Assembly: GCA_023254095.1 (NCBI GenBank)
Contig: JALNLM010000016.1
Location: 1-32,750, forward strand
Direction: 5' to 3'
From: Candidatus Geocrenenecus huangii
GTDB lineage: Archaea > Thermoproteota > Nitrososphaeria_A > Caldarchaeales > Wolframiiraptoraceae
Length of the DNA stretch: 32,750 nucleotides
Below, one piece after another: positions 8,878 to 18,446 of this stretch; positions within the stretch are counted from its first letter, which is position 1, and every line of letters begins with the position of its first letter. The notes beneath the pieces are model-generated. The model saw only the letters and a list, made by a program, of their open reading frames with translations. It was not told the DNA's origin and did no database searches. A program made the translations under genes and the position numbers.

Positions 8878-9864
8878 CTAATGCGAGAATGGAAGGACTG
8901 GGCATGCGACGAAATGGTCTCGTAAGATCTCTTCTAGTGTTGGCTCATTCTTCCTACATGATTCTATCGCATAGGGGCATCTAGTATGAAATCTACACCC
9001 CTCAGGTGGATTTATTGGGCTGGGTATCTCGCCAGAAGGTATAAACTTCTCTCTCCGAAGTCTTGGGTCTGGAACTGGCACTGCAGAGATGAGGGCCTTC
9101 GTATATGGGTGCATAGGGTTATCAAATAATTCGTCTGTATTTGCGAGCTCCACGATCTTACCGAGATACATTACGGCAATCCTATCGCATACATAGCTAG
9201 CGGCTGAGAGGTCATGCGTTATAAAGATATATGTTAACCCATATTCTTTTTTCAAGCTAAGTAGGAGGTCTAGTATCTGAGCTCTTACCGAAACATCAAC
9301 CATCGCAACAGGTTCATCGGCCACTATCAGTTCAGGTTTCAAGATTATGGCTCTAGCTATTACTACTCTCTGTCTCTGTCCGCCACTTAATTCATGTGGA
9401 AACCTATCCATAAATGAAGGGCTCAACCCAACCTTCTGGAGGGCTTCACTAACCATTTCTCTTCTTTCTTTCGCAGAACCTATCCCGTGGATTCGTAGTG
9501 GTTCTTCGACGGCCTCGCCAATTTTCATTCTGGGATTCAGAGAGGCCATAGGGTCCTGAAACACCATTTGGATCTTTTTCCTTAATTGTCTTAGCTCTCT
9601 AGAAGATAGGCTAGCAATATCGGCTCCGTCGAACAATATTCTTCCATAGGTTGGTTTAGTTAAACCCACCACCATTAAGCCTGTCGTAGTTTTCCCGCTT
9701 CCGCTCTCTCCTACAAGTCCTAGTACTTCACCTCTCAAGACTTTAAAACTTACTCCGTCGACAGCCTTGACATAGGTCTTCTCCTTCGAGAATATCCTCT
9801 CAATAAAACTCTTCTCAATCGGAAAGTATTTCTTTACATTATCGACGACTAGTATGTTTTCCAT
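8878..9864 (-). CDS. dppF: peptide ABC transporter ATP-binding protein
   Basis: KAVDGVSF, GESGSGKTT, LSGGQRQR, ADEP, HPYT and C-terminal GCRFHTRCP Fe-S motif. Confidence 0.95.
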   Translation of the reverse strand: MENILVVDNVKKYFPIEKSFIERIFSKEKTYVKAVDGVSFKVLRGEVLGLVGESGSGKTTTGLMVVGLTKPTYGRILFDGADIASLSSRELRQLRKKIQMVFQDPMASLNPRMKIGEAVEEPLRIHGIGSAKERREMVSEALQKVGLSPSFMDRFPHELSGGQRQRVVIARAIILKPELIVADEPVAMVDVSVRAQILDLLLSLKKEYGLTYIFITHDLSAASYVCDRIAVMYLGKIVELANTDELFDNPMHPYTKALISAVPVPDPRLRREKFIPSGEIPSPINPPEGCRFHTRCPYAIESCRKNEPTLEEILRDHFVACPVLPFSH

Positions 9865-9867
9865 TCT

Positions 9868-10830
9868 TCATCCTCCATAGAGGTAGCATGCTACAATTCT
9901 TCCTCCAACATCTATTAGAGGTGGATGTTCTTTAAGGCATTTATCAAATCTCTTCGGACAGCGAGGATTGAAGAGGCATCCCGAGGGTGGATTTATTAAG
10001 TCTGGGGGTTCTCCAGGTATAGATGCTATGTTTCTAACCCTTCTGAGAAAGTTTGGTGCGGACTCGAATAATCCTTGGGTATAGGGGTGTAGGGGTTCTG
10101 CGAATATTTCTTCTTTAGAGGCGGCTTCAACGAGTTTGCCAGCATACATCACGGCTATCCTATCTGCATTCTCTGCAACCACCCCCATGTTATGCGTTAT
10201 CAAGATCATTGTTAGATTCAGTTCCCGTTTAAGCCTGTTTAGAAGTCTGAGAATCTGTGCTTCAATCAGAACATCAAGAGCAGTGGTGGGTTCATCCGCT
10301 ATCAAGATCTTCGGGTTAAGGGCTATTGCTAATCCTATGTAGACACGCTGCTTCATCCCTCCACTTAACTGATGGGGATAATCATTAAATCTCTCAGACG
10401 GTATCCCTAACCTCTTCAGAATCTCTATACTTCTTTCTTCAACGTCTTTATCCGATATGTTCGGCTCATGAGTTCTAAATAGTTCGATGAAATGATCTTT
10501 TATCTTCATGAGCGGGTTAAGAGATGAAGAAGGATCTTGGAAAACCATAGAGATCTCTCTTCCTCTTATCTTTTGGATCGTTTCATCATCTACTCTAAGC
10601 AAGTCTACTCCATTATAGAAGATCGATCCCTTCACTATTCTGCCTGGTGGGGGGACAAGTCTGAGTATGGCGAGACCAAGGGTAGACTTACCTGAACCGG
10701 ATTCTCCAACGAGCCCTAGGACTTCACCTTTCAGGATAGAGATGCTAACATCGTCGACGGCTCTAACGAGGCCATAAGGAGATTGGTATGCTACTGATAG
10801 CCTCTGAATATCGAGGATGTTATCGCTCAT
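9868..10830 (-). CDS. dppD: peptide ABC transporter ATP-binding protein
   Basis: GESGSGKS, YPHQLSGGMKQR, ADEPTTALDV, HPYT, GCLFNPRCP. Confidence 0.95.
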   Translation of the reverse strand: MSDNILDIQRLSVAYQSPYGLVRAVDDVSISILKGEVLGLVGESGSGKSTLGLAILRLVPPPGRIVKGSIFYNGVDLLRVDDETIQKIRGREISMVFQDPSSSLNPLMKIKDHFIELFRTHEPNISDKDVEERSIEILKRLGIPSERFNDYPHQLSGGMKQRVYIGLAIALNPKILIADEPTTALDVLIEAQILRLLNRLKRELNLTMILITHNMGVVAENADRIAVMYAGKLVEAASKEEIFAEPLHPYTQGLFESAPNFLRRVRNIASIPGEPPDLINPPSGCLFNPRCPKRFDKCLKEHPPLIDVGGRIVACYLYGG

Positions 10831-11074
10831 CGATCTAATCGGCTTAACTCATTTTTATAAACCTTTAAAGAATCCAATAATTTTAAGTAAACCTTACATC
10901 TGAGAGATTAACAGACTCTACATATTCGAGGACGGATAGCGTTTAACTAGAAAAGTGAGCCCCTCTATCTCTACCAGCCTCTACCCATCTTGACATGCGC
11001 TATTTTAGAATATTTCTATAATCCCTCCCAACTATCGTTAAGTATTTTAATTCACTAATAGAGGATATTTCAGA

Positions 11075-12322
11075 ATGTCAGAGACCGTTATAAAGAATGT
11101 TAGAGCTAGACTCGTCTATAATAGTAGAGGAGAAGAGACAATTGAGGTTGAAGTCGTTGTTGGTAATAGTGTAGGGAGAGCTGCTGCTCCAGCAGGTAAA
11201 AGTAAAGGAGAGAAAGAAGTAATGTATTATCCGAGTGGAGGCGTAGCTGAAGCTATAAGAATAGTCAACGACGAGATCGCGGATAAACTAAGAGGAGTAG
11301 ATGCTTCAAGGATAGAGAACGTTGAAGAGATTTTGAGAAGGTATGACGATACGAAGAACTTGAAAAAAATAGGTGGAAACACAGTTTATGCAGTATCTTT
11401 AGCGGCTTCCCTAGCCGCCTCGAATAGTATGGGAATCCCGTTATACAAGTATCTGAGGATAGTTAACGACTTCCATCTACCTATACCATTGGGAAACGTA
11501 ATTGGAGGTGGAAGACATGCTGGAAAAGGCGCTCCTGATTGGCAGGAGCTTTTAGCTCTGCCTATAGAAGCACCCAATATACATTTAGCAATAAGAGCGA
11601 ACATCATGGTGCATGAATATACGGGGAAGCTTCTAGACAAGACACTTGGAGGATTTACACTAGGTAAAGGAGATGAAGGTGCTTATGCTCCTCCGATAGA
11701 CACCCTTAAAGGGCTAGAGATACTTAAAGAAGCAGTTGAACATGTATCAGATGAGCTGGGATTCAAGATAGGCGTAGGAGTCGATGTAGCTGCGTCGAGC
11801 TTATGGGATCCAAAAAACAAGATGTATGTTTATCCAACAGAAGGTAAAAAGCTCTCTCGAAAAGAACAGATAGAAAGAGTAGTAGATTGGGTTGAGAGGT
11901 TCAATCTGGTTTATGTTGAGGATCCTATGGAGGAGAATGATATGGACGGGTTCGTAGAACTTAACAAGATGCTAAATGGGAAAACCTTGATATGCGGCGA
12001 TGACCTAATCGTTACAAACCCAGATATACTGAGAGAAGCAGTAGCTAAGAAAGCTGTAACAGCGTTAATCGTTAAACCCAATCAAGTTGGATTCATTACA
12101 ACATCTATGGAGACCGTAAGGGTAGCTCATACAGAAAAGATCGTTCCAGTCGTTTCTCATAGGTCTGGTGAACCGCCAGAAGGACACCTAGCACAGCTAG
12201 CCATTGCATGGGGTGGCAAGATTCTGAAGTCGGGAATAATGGGTGGGGAGAGAATAGCTAAGGCAAATGAATTAATTAGAGTCAGTGAAGAAATTGGAGG
12301 TAGTAGAGTAGCGAGGTTATAG
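11075..12322 (+). CDS. eno: enolase
   Basis: NSRGEETIEVEV, IGGN, GDEG, DVAAS, VEDP, GDDL, KPNQVG, SHRSGE; precedes rps2 as in the archaeal superoperon. Confidence 0.93.
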   Translation: MSETVIKNVRARLVYNSRGEETIEVEVVVGNSVGRAAAPAGKSKGEKEVMYYPSGGVAEAIRIVNDEIADKLRGVDASRIENVEEILRRYDDTKNLKKIGGNTVYAVSLAASLAASNSMGIPLYKYLRIVNDFHLPIPLGNVIGGGRHAGKGAPDWQELLALPIEAPNIHLAIRANIMVHEYTGKLLDKTLGGFTLGKGDEGAYAPPIDTLKGLEILKEAVEHVSDELGFKIGVGVDVAASSLWDPKNKMYVYPTEGKKLSRKEQIERVVDWVERFNLVYVEDPMEENDMDGFVELNKMLNGKTLICGDDLIVTNPDILREAVAKKAVTALIVKPNQVGFITTSMETVRVAHTEKIVPVVSHRSGEPPEGHLAQLAIAWGGKILKSGIMGGERIAKANELIRVSEEIGGSRVARL

Positions 12323-12324
12323 CT

Positions 12325-12954
12325 ATGTCGGTCGGAGACAATAAACCAACGAAAAGCGATGAGATAAAAGAAATACTCGTAAAAAGTAGTCTGCATATCG
12401 GTTCGCAGATAAAGGTCAAACATATGGAGAAATTTATCTTCAGGCTTAGACCCGACGGAGTCTACTTAATAGATATTGGTAAAACAATCGAGAGACTTAA
12501 CATAGCTGCTAGGTTCATATCATTCTACCCTCCTGAGAAGGTAGTAGTAATCTCTACGCACGTCTATGGAACGAAGCCTGTAAGAAGATTCTGCGAATTA
12601 ACAGGATGTGTACCTATAACTGAAAGGTTTGAGCCGGGGTCTTTCACGAATCCTAGCCTTCCATCCTATATGGAGCCTGAGCTAATAGTTGTATCAGATC
12701 CTAGATACGATAGCCAGGCGGTTCTAGAAGCCAAGATTGCGAGGATACCCGTGATAGCAATGTGTAGCACGGATAACAGTATTAGCAACATCGACTTAGT
12801 GATACCGATGAATAATCGTGGGAGGCTAGCTCTACCATATGCTTTCTGGTATCTAGCGAGAAGAATACTAGTAGAGAAGGGGATACTGACAGAAGAGCTA
12901 GTTGATAATATAAAACCTGAAGAATTTATAACGCAGCAGGTTACGGAGACTTAG
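12325..12954 (+). CDS. rps2: 30S ribosomal protein uS2
   Basis: HIGS, RPDGVYLID, RFEPGSFTNP, DP..D.QA..EA, DLVIPMNNRG. Confidence 0.97.
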   Translation: MSVGDNKPTKSDEIKEILVKSSLHIGSQIKVKHMEKFIFRLRPDGVYLIDIGKTIERLNIAARFISFYPPEKVVVISTHVYGTKPVRRFCELTGCVPITERFEPGSFTNPSLPSYMEPELIVVSDPRYDSQAVLEAKIARIPVIAMCSTDNSISNIDLVIPMNNRGRLALPYAFWYLARRILVEKGILTEELVDNIKPEEFITQQVTET

Positions 12955-13726
12955 TAGAAAGCCTCGTCCCAATTGTTTCTTCTCCAATAATAGCTGACTT
13001 AATTCTTCCTCTAGCCAACCCGTTTACCAAGAGTACTTCGACACCTTTCTCCGCAGCCTCGAAACCTTCTTCAATCTTCTTGATTATTCCTCCAGTAACA
13101 TCTTCCTCGACCGTTTTGAAAACTTCTATAGGCATGCCAGGTGTGAGTTTTTCTGCGAGCTTGACCTCTCCTGTAACTCTATCTCTTATGTAGACCCCAT
13201 CTACATCTAGTGCGAAAACTATCCTCTTAGCCTTTAACCTAACTGATAGGTATGATGCGATAGTATCACCTGAGAGAATTGTAAACTTCAATACTCTATC
13301 GAATACAGCATCTCCACATGTTATAGGCGTTACACCTATATCCAATGCTGTGAAGAAGGCATCTAGGTTACATGTCTCGATCCTTCCATTCTTCGTAATA
13401 ATGAACGTTGAGGCGGGGATACCTATACATGGGAAACCTGAATTGACAAGATTTTCAACTACTTCGCTATTTAGTCTCCTAACGATCTTGGCCGTTTCGA
13501 GAAATCCCTTAAGATGTTCAGGCGTCTTGTATCCTTCCGAGACTCTATAGGTCTTAGCGATTGGATGAGCATAAGACCCCCCTCCGTGAACTATGATTAA
13601 CGGAGTAGGCCAAACTTCTCTTAACTCTCGACCAATATCCTCTAAGACATCTCTCCTAAGAGTGAAGGTTTTCTCTTTATCGGTTATTAAGGAACCTCCT
13701 AACTTCAATATCGTTAACTCTCTCAC
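12941..13726 (-). CDS. ipk: isopentenyl phosphate kinase
   Basis: ILKLGGSLITDK, VHGGGSYAHP, GD.V, ILSGD, DVDG, DVTGG; adjacent to mvk. Confidence 0.92.
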   Translation of the reverse strand: MRELTILKLGGSLITDKEKTFTLRRDVLEDIGRELREVWPTPLIIVHGGGSYAHPIAKTYRVSEGYKTPEHLKGFLETAKIVRRLNSEVVENLVNSGFPCIGIPASTFIITKNGRIETCNLDAFFTALDIGVTPITCGDAVFDRVLKFTILSGDTIASYLSVRLKAKRIVFALDVDGVYIRDRVTGEVKLAEKLTPGMPIEVFKTVEEDVTGGIIKKIEEGFEAAEKGVEVLLVNGLARGRIKSAIIGEETIGTRLSTKSP

Positions 13727-14634
13727 GTCTTCTCCTCCTTCAATCCTACTGCTGAAAGCTCTGTCAAATATGTTTTAAACTTACTTGATAGGGCTTTAGA
13801 GATACGTTCTATCTTGTCTTCGTCGACGAGGCATATGACACATCCTCCTCCGCCAGCTCCCGTGATCTTTGCTCCATAAGCACCAGCATCTAAAGCAAGC
13901 TTTATAGCTTCATCGATCTCCATCGATGAAACTCCCAACTCTCTAAGAAGATTCTGGTTTTCAAGCATTAGCTTTCCAAGCTTTTCGAGATCCATATTCT
14001 TGAATGCATCGAATGCATCTCTTATAATTTCCTCCTCTTTCTCCAGCATCATGTTGAATCTTTCTTTATTCTGCTCCATGAAGTCTTTGACACGCTTCAC
14101 CATCTCTCCCGTTTTGCGGATCCTCCCCGTGTTGACAATTAAGATCTTCTTTAGAGGTATGTCTACATGCATGAAGCCACTGGACTTTCTATACACTCCT
14201 CCTCCACCATACAATGCTATGGTTGTATCGATGCCTGAAGGATTAAAGTGAACGATCTTTTCGCCTTCAACCGCCGCGGCCTTCACCAATTCTATATCTA
14301 TCTTCTTGAGACTGAGTAGAGATGCTGTAGCAGCGGATGCGACGGATATTGAAGCTGAAGAGCCTAGACCTACGCTTGCAGGGATATCAGATGAGATCTT
14401 CAGTGAGATGCCTGAAGTAAAACCTGTTTTCCCGAAAATATATTCTATAGCTCTTGAAGCGGGGTGATTCGAGAGCCTCCTACCCCTAATCCATACACCC
14501 GGCTCATCATATTTCCATGCTTCTACGTATGCTCTAAGATTTATCGCGGAGACTATTGCTGGCCTATCATATACCACGAAGTGTTCACCGAATAATATTA
14601 CTTTGCCTGGAGCTGAAGCAACGACTTTCTCCAT
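13723..14634 (-). CDS. mvk: mevalonate kinase
   Basis: SAPGKVILFGEHFVVY, P.SVGLGSSAS, PSGID, GAKITGAGGGG (GHMP motifs). Confidence 0.95.
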   Translation of the reverse strand: MEKVVASAPGKVILFGEHFVVYDRPAIVSAINLRAYVEAWKYDEPGVWIRGRRLSNHPASRAIEYIFGKTGFTSGISLKISSDIPASVGLGSSASISVASAATASLLSLKKIDIELVKAAAVEGEKIVHFNPSGIDTTIALYGGGGVYRKSSGFMHVDIPLKKILIVNTGRIRKTGEMVKRVKDFMEQNKERFNMMLEKEEEIIRDAFDAFKNMDLEKLGKLMLENQNLLRELGVSSMEIDEAIKLALDAGAYGAKITGAGGGGCVICLVDEDKIERISKALSSKFKTYLTELSAVGLKEEKT

Positions 14635-14688
14635 CTTCTATTATACCACCAACTAAAAGAATTATGCCAGTAAATAAATTATCTTCTA

Positions 14689-15390
14689 TTATTGTTTTCC
14701 AGCGCTCTCATGTATTAATGGATGAACTTCTCTAAAAATGTAGTCTAGGAAGTCTAACTCATTCATTCTAGTAAAAGATGTGACCACACAGTTCCTCGTC
14801 AACCCCATGACATACGAGGTATTAGGAACCTGGTATACGATATACCATATCTTTCCATGCCTAAGATACTCTTCATATAAGGCTGAATTCTTAACACTAT
14901 CACCATACAGTGCGAGCTTGGCGACTTCAGGTATGTCTAGGTCGTCAAAGTATATGACCTTCGTATTCTCAGGGTTTCTTTCATGGAACGCTCTCATGAT
15001 CTCAGGCGATATCCGTGCCTCAACTATTGCACGATAGCTAAGAAATAGTTGATGAGAAAGAAGAGAGGCAACAGCATTCGCGAAATGTTTCTCCTGTACA
15101 ACGGTAAGCAAAGTCATTCCATGTTCCTTGCTAAAAACAATTCTAGCTTGAGTAGTCTTCACAATAGGTACGGTTCTACCCCTTTGGGGTATCAGTATTA
15201 TCTTATCTTTACTGAAGATTCCCTCCAGCCTATTCTTCTTCAAGTCTAAGTCTCTGACTTCAGTAATTAATTCGAATTTTTCACCTTCTTCCTCTCTTTC
15301 TTCAGCAATTCTATAATCTTTAAGCTTCTCAGCGATTTCTTCTAAAGAAGTATCGGGCTTAATATCAAATATTTTAGATGCTAGGGGCAG
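14689..15390 (-). CDS. hypothetical protein; probable CTG start
   Basis: Long ORF with typical composition; GGAGGTG lies 7 nt before CTG 15390 (ORF track start is 15420). Confidence 0.75.
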   Translation of the reverse strand: MPLASKIFDIKPDTSLEEIAEKLKDYRIAEEREEEGEKFELITEVRDLDLKKNRLEGIFSKDKIILIPQRGRTVPIVKTTQARIVFSKEHGMTLLTVVQEKHFANAVASLLSHQLFLSYRAIVEARISPEIMRAFHERNPENTKVIYFDDLDIPEVAKLALYGDSVKNSALYEEYLRHGKIWYIVYQVPNTSYVMGLTRNCVVTSFTRMNELDFLDYIFREVHPLIHESAGKQ

Positions 15391-15466
15391 CGTCCAACAC
15401 CTCCCATAAACAATTCTCAAGCTTTAATAAAATCTCATCGCAGACACATGCATTCATTACTAGGGT

Positions 15467-16522
15467 TTAACTAGACTCTTCATAGATTCTCCAAAGTTCA
15501 TCAATTATTTGTCCAGTAATCTTCTCTTCGCTCTTATCGGCTTTCACGAGAATATTAGGCATTTTCTTCTCTCTTAGTTCTCCTATAACCTTGAATCCCA
15601 TCTTCTCAACACTCCTTAAGTTCTTCTTTGAGATACATGCCAGTAGAACTCCTGAGCTAACTAGCTTCAATGGGTCACATCCTAGAATACTGCATATCTG
15701 TCTAGTTTCTTCAGAGACTGGTATCCTGTCCTCATATATTATGAAAGATGTATTGCTTGCTTCGGAGAGCTCATAGACTCCTCCTAATACTCCACCCTCT
15801 GTGGGGTCATGCATCGCAGTAGCCAATCCCAGCCTAGCAAGTTTAAGAGCTTCTTCAACAACGCTTATCTTCTCATAATATTTCTGAGCTTTCTCCAATA
15901 CCTCGGCAGAGACCTTCTGTCTCAATATTTCTCTAAAATCCCTTGCAAGTATGGCCGTCCCCTCTATCCCCGCCGTCTTAGACATTATGATTAAATCGCC
16001 GGCTCTCCCTCCACCTGTTCTTATCGGCCTACGAGATATAAGCTTCCCCATCATGAATCCACATACTATGCTACGTTGAATGTTCGGGGTAACCTCTGTA
16101 TGCCCCGTCACTACTCCGACTCCAAGCTCCCGACATGCTCGATGGATATCGTCCACAATATTTTCTAGCTCTTTTCTATCCGCACTTCTACTTAATAGTA
16201 TTATTGGAGAGAACCATGCTGGCTTACCTCCGCAGACAGCGACATCGTTTGCATTGATATAGACTGACAGCCATCCTATCCTCTCCGAAGCACCAGTGAT
16301 CGGGTCGCAGGAAACAACAATCAGCCCACCATTCTTGATTACTCCAGCATCTTCGCCGAAAGCGGGGCCGAGAAGAATGTCTCTTCTTCTTACGCCAAGC
16401 TTTACATAGACTACTTCTTCCAAGACCTCTTTACCAAATTTACCTAGCCTGAACTTCAAGTTCTTCAATGTAGAAGAAGACAGTCTCCCTAAAGAATGTA
16501 TACGCGGAAATTCTCTAATCAA
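15467..16522 (-). CDS. AIR synthase (PurM/HypE/ThiL) superfamily protein
   Basis: GPAFGEDAG, DPITG, NANDVA, GHTEVT, HDPTEGG, DPLKLVSSG; true start probably a few codons downstream. Confidence 0.88.
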   Translation of the reverse strand: MIREFPRIHSLGRLSSSTLKNLKFRLGKFGKEVLEEVVYVKLGVRRRDILLGPAFGEDAGVIKNGGLIVVSCDPITGASERIGWLSVYINANDVAVCGGKPAWFSPIILLSRSADRKELENIVDDIHRACRELGVGVVTGHTEVTPNIQRSIVCGFMMGKLISRRPIRTGGGRAGDLIIMSKTAGIEGTAILARDFREILRQKVSAEVLEKAQKYYEKISVVEEALKLARLGLATAMHDPTEGGVLGGVYELSEASNTSFIIYEDRIPVSEETRQICSILGCDPLKLVSSGVLLACISKKNLRSVEKMGFKVIGELREKKMPNILVKADKSEEKITGQIIDELWRIYEESS

Positions 16523-16547
16523 TCTGTCAAGTCATACGTGTTTATGA

Positions 16548-17162
16548 CTATTTTCTTCTTTTAAGTATGTTCTCAACTCTATGGATGTCCGAGGGATTGG
16601 AGACCCTCAAGAACATTAAGAGTTTTTCATCGAAGATTCTCAAACTATTACTTGACAGGTACAGCACTTTCTGCACTTTTCTAACTAGTGAATCCATGTC
16701 TTCTTCACGATTCTTAGAGAAAACTTCTAGGAAGGGGCTTCTCTGATATGATGCCATAGTGTATATTGTCTCTCTAGCTTGATTACGTGGTATAACTGCT
16801 GAAAACTTCTGAGAAGCCTCAACCAAGAAGGTTGTAAAATCTCTAGTCAGAAGTGGAGAATCACATGGAAGTAGGAGGACGTTTTCAGTATGGGCGGATG
16901 AGATTGCGAACTCGATTTGACTTCTAACTGATCCGGATAACTGGTTTGACAATAAGACTTCAGCGAGATATTCTCTAGCCAAGTCTCTGTATGCTTCAGC
17001 CTTCTTCTCATCATCAACGGCTATGAATATGTCGGATACCTGATCCGGGACGACTTCGAGAACGTATTCTATCATGGGTTTACCTGCGATCGGGATTAAG
17101 CCACGTTCAATACCCTTAAATCCCCTCATGTTAGCAAAAATCACAGCAGATGCTTCCTTCAA
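16548..17162 (-). CDS. MobA-like NTP transferase with degenerate nucleotide-binding loop
   Basis: GKPMIEYV, LLPCDSP, SAVIP, RIFDEKL..F; lacks LAGG. Confidence 0.7.
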   Translation of the reverse strand: MKEASAVIFANMRGFKGIERGLIPIAGKPMIEYVLEVVPDQVSDIFIAVDDEKKAEAYRDLAREYLAEVLLSNQLSGSVRSQIEFAISSAHTENVLLLPCDSPLLTRDFTTFLVEASQKFSAVIPRNQARETIYTMASYQRSPFLEVFSKNREEDMDSLVRKVQKVLYLSSNSLRIFDEKLLMFLRVSNPSDIHRVENILKRRK

Positions 17163-17281
17163 CCTCTAACCCTTCAACATTGAATAGGTATGAGACAAAA
17201 TTTAAAGATATAAACCCTCTAGAAAGATCCCAGTAGGCTGGGTCTGTTGATTAGAGCGTTGGAGAAGAGTCGAAGTCCTCG

Positions 17282-18259
17282 CTATCTCTGTTCAAGGAGG
17301 AAATATTGAGATAGAACCATGTTTTCTTCGAAGTAGCTGGGTAGAGGCCACATTAAGAGGACCTCGTAGTTGAGCTTCATTGATTGTTCCGAGACTCCTC
17401 CGCCTAAAAGGAGTTCTAATAGAGTTGGAGTTCTAGGTCTAATCCATTTTCTGGGGGAGTCTTCAGGTATTCCAGCTAGCTGGCATGCTCTCTTCACAGC
17501 ATCATCTATCGAACCGATGTGATCAATAATTCCTGCTTCTAGAGCTTGGATACCCGTATATGGTCTAGCAGTAAATACCTCATCATAATTTCTTATCTTA
17601 TCTCTTCGATGTTCTCTTACCCTCTCCTTGAATACGTCGGCTACAGATCCTATAATAGAAAGCATAATATTTCTTTCCTCATCTGTTAAATCTCTCCACG
17701 AACTTCCAATATCTTTTAATCTTCCACTTTTGAATGTTTCGGTTTTTATGCCGAGCTTATCCATTAATTCTTTATAGTTTATTACCAGGCTTATTGCGCC
17801 GACGGAACCTGTTAAAGCGTGTGGAGAAGCAATTATCTCTCTTGATGGCAGAGCAATGTAGTATCCACCTGATGCACCATACTCCGTAATATATGCAACT
17901 GATACTTTCTCCTCACTTAACTTCTTGAGCATGCTGTATATTTCTTCGGAAGCCGCCGCGCTCCCACCTGGACTATTGATAACTAGCACTATGGCCTTTA
18001 TAGTTGGATCTCTAGTAGCTTGAAGAATAAGTTGTTCAACATCTCTTGGTGTGAGAACATCTCCTGAAAACAAGGTTAATGGTGATTCAGAATAGGCAAT
18101 AGTCCCTGAAAGCTCAATTAATCCAATATATTCTAAGCCTTTAACAGTAGTCGAAGCTTGTAGGAGATAATATATCCCTGAAGATAATCCTACTCCTAGA
18201 ATCAATCCAATTAGAAGCCACACCCACCATTTGAAGCTTCTAACCATACTCCTCACCAT
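17282..18259 (-). CDS. sppA: signal peptide peptidase SppA (S49)
   Basis: INSPGGS, GASGGYYIA, TGSVG, KSGRLKD; N-terminal TM helix. Confidence 0.95.
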   Translation of the reverse strand: MVRSMVRSFKWWVWLLIGLILGVGLSSGIYYLLQASTTVKGLEYIGLIELSGTIAYSESPLTLFSGDVLTPRDVEQLILQATRDPTIKAIVLVINSPGGSAAASEEIYSMLKKLSEEKVSVAYITEYGASGGYYIALPSREIIASPHALTGSVGAISLVINYKELMDKLGIKTETFKSGRLKDIGSSWRDLTDEERNIMLSIIGSVADVFKERVREHRRDKIRNYDEVFTARPYTGIQALEAGIIDHIGSIDDAVKRACQLAGIPEDSPRKWIRPRTPTLLELLLGGGVSEQSMKLNYEVLLMWPLPSYFEENMVLSQYFLLEQR

Positions 18260-18446
18260 TAATGCACCTTCTTGAGAAATAAATCTTTTGGATAAATCTT
18301 AGACCTGTCGATATAAAAACACAAAATTTAAGAATTGTATGGTCAATCGTAATAATCTCGAGCTATATCTACAGATCTTCTCATTGTCTTATACTGGAGC
18401 CGGTTTTTTGAAATACTTAATATATTAAATTGGGACAACCCTATCA

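Noticed and set aside
17225-17245. Hairpin CCCAG-TAGG-CTGGG downstream of sppA
   Set aside because: Short and isolated; function cannot be supported.
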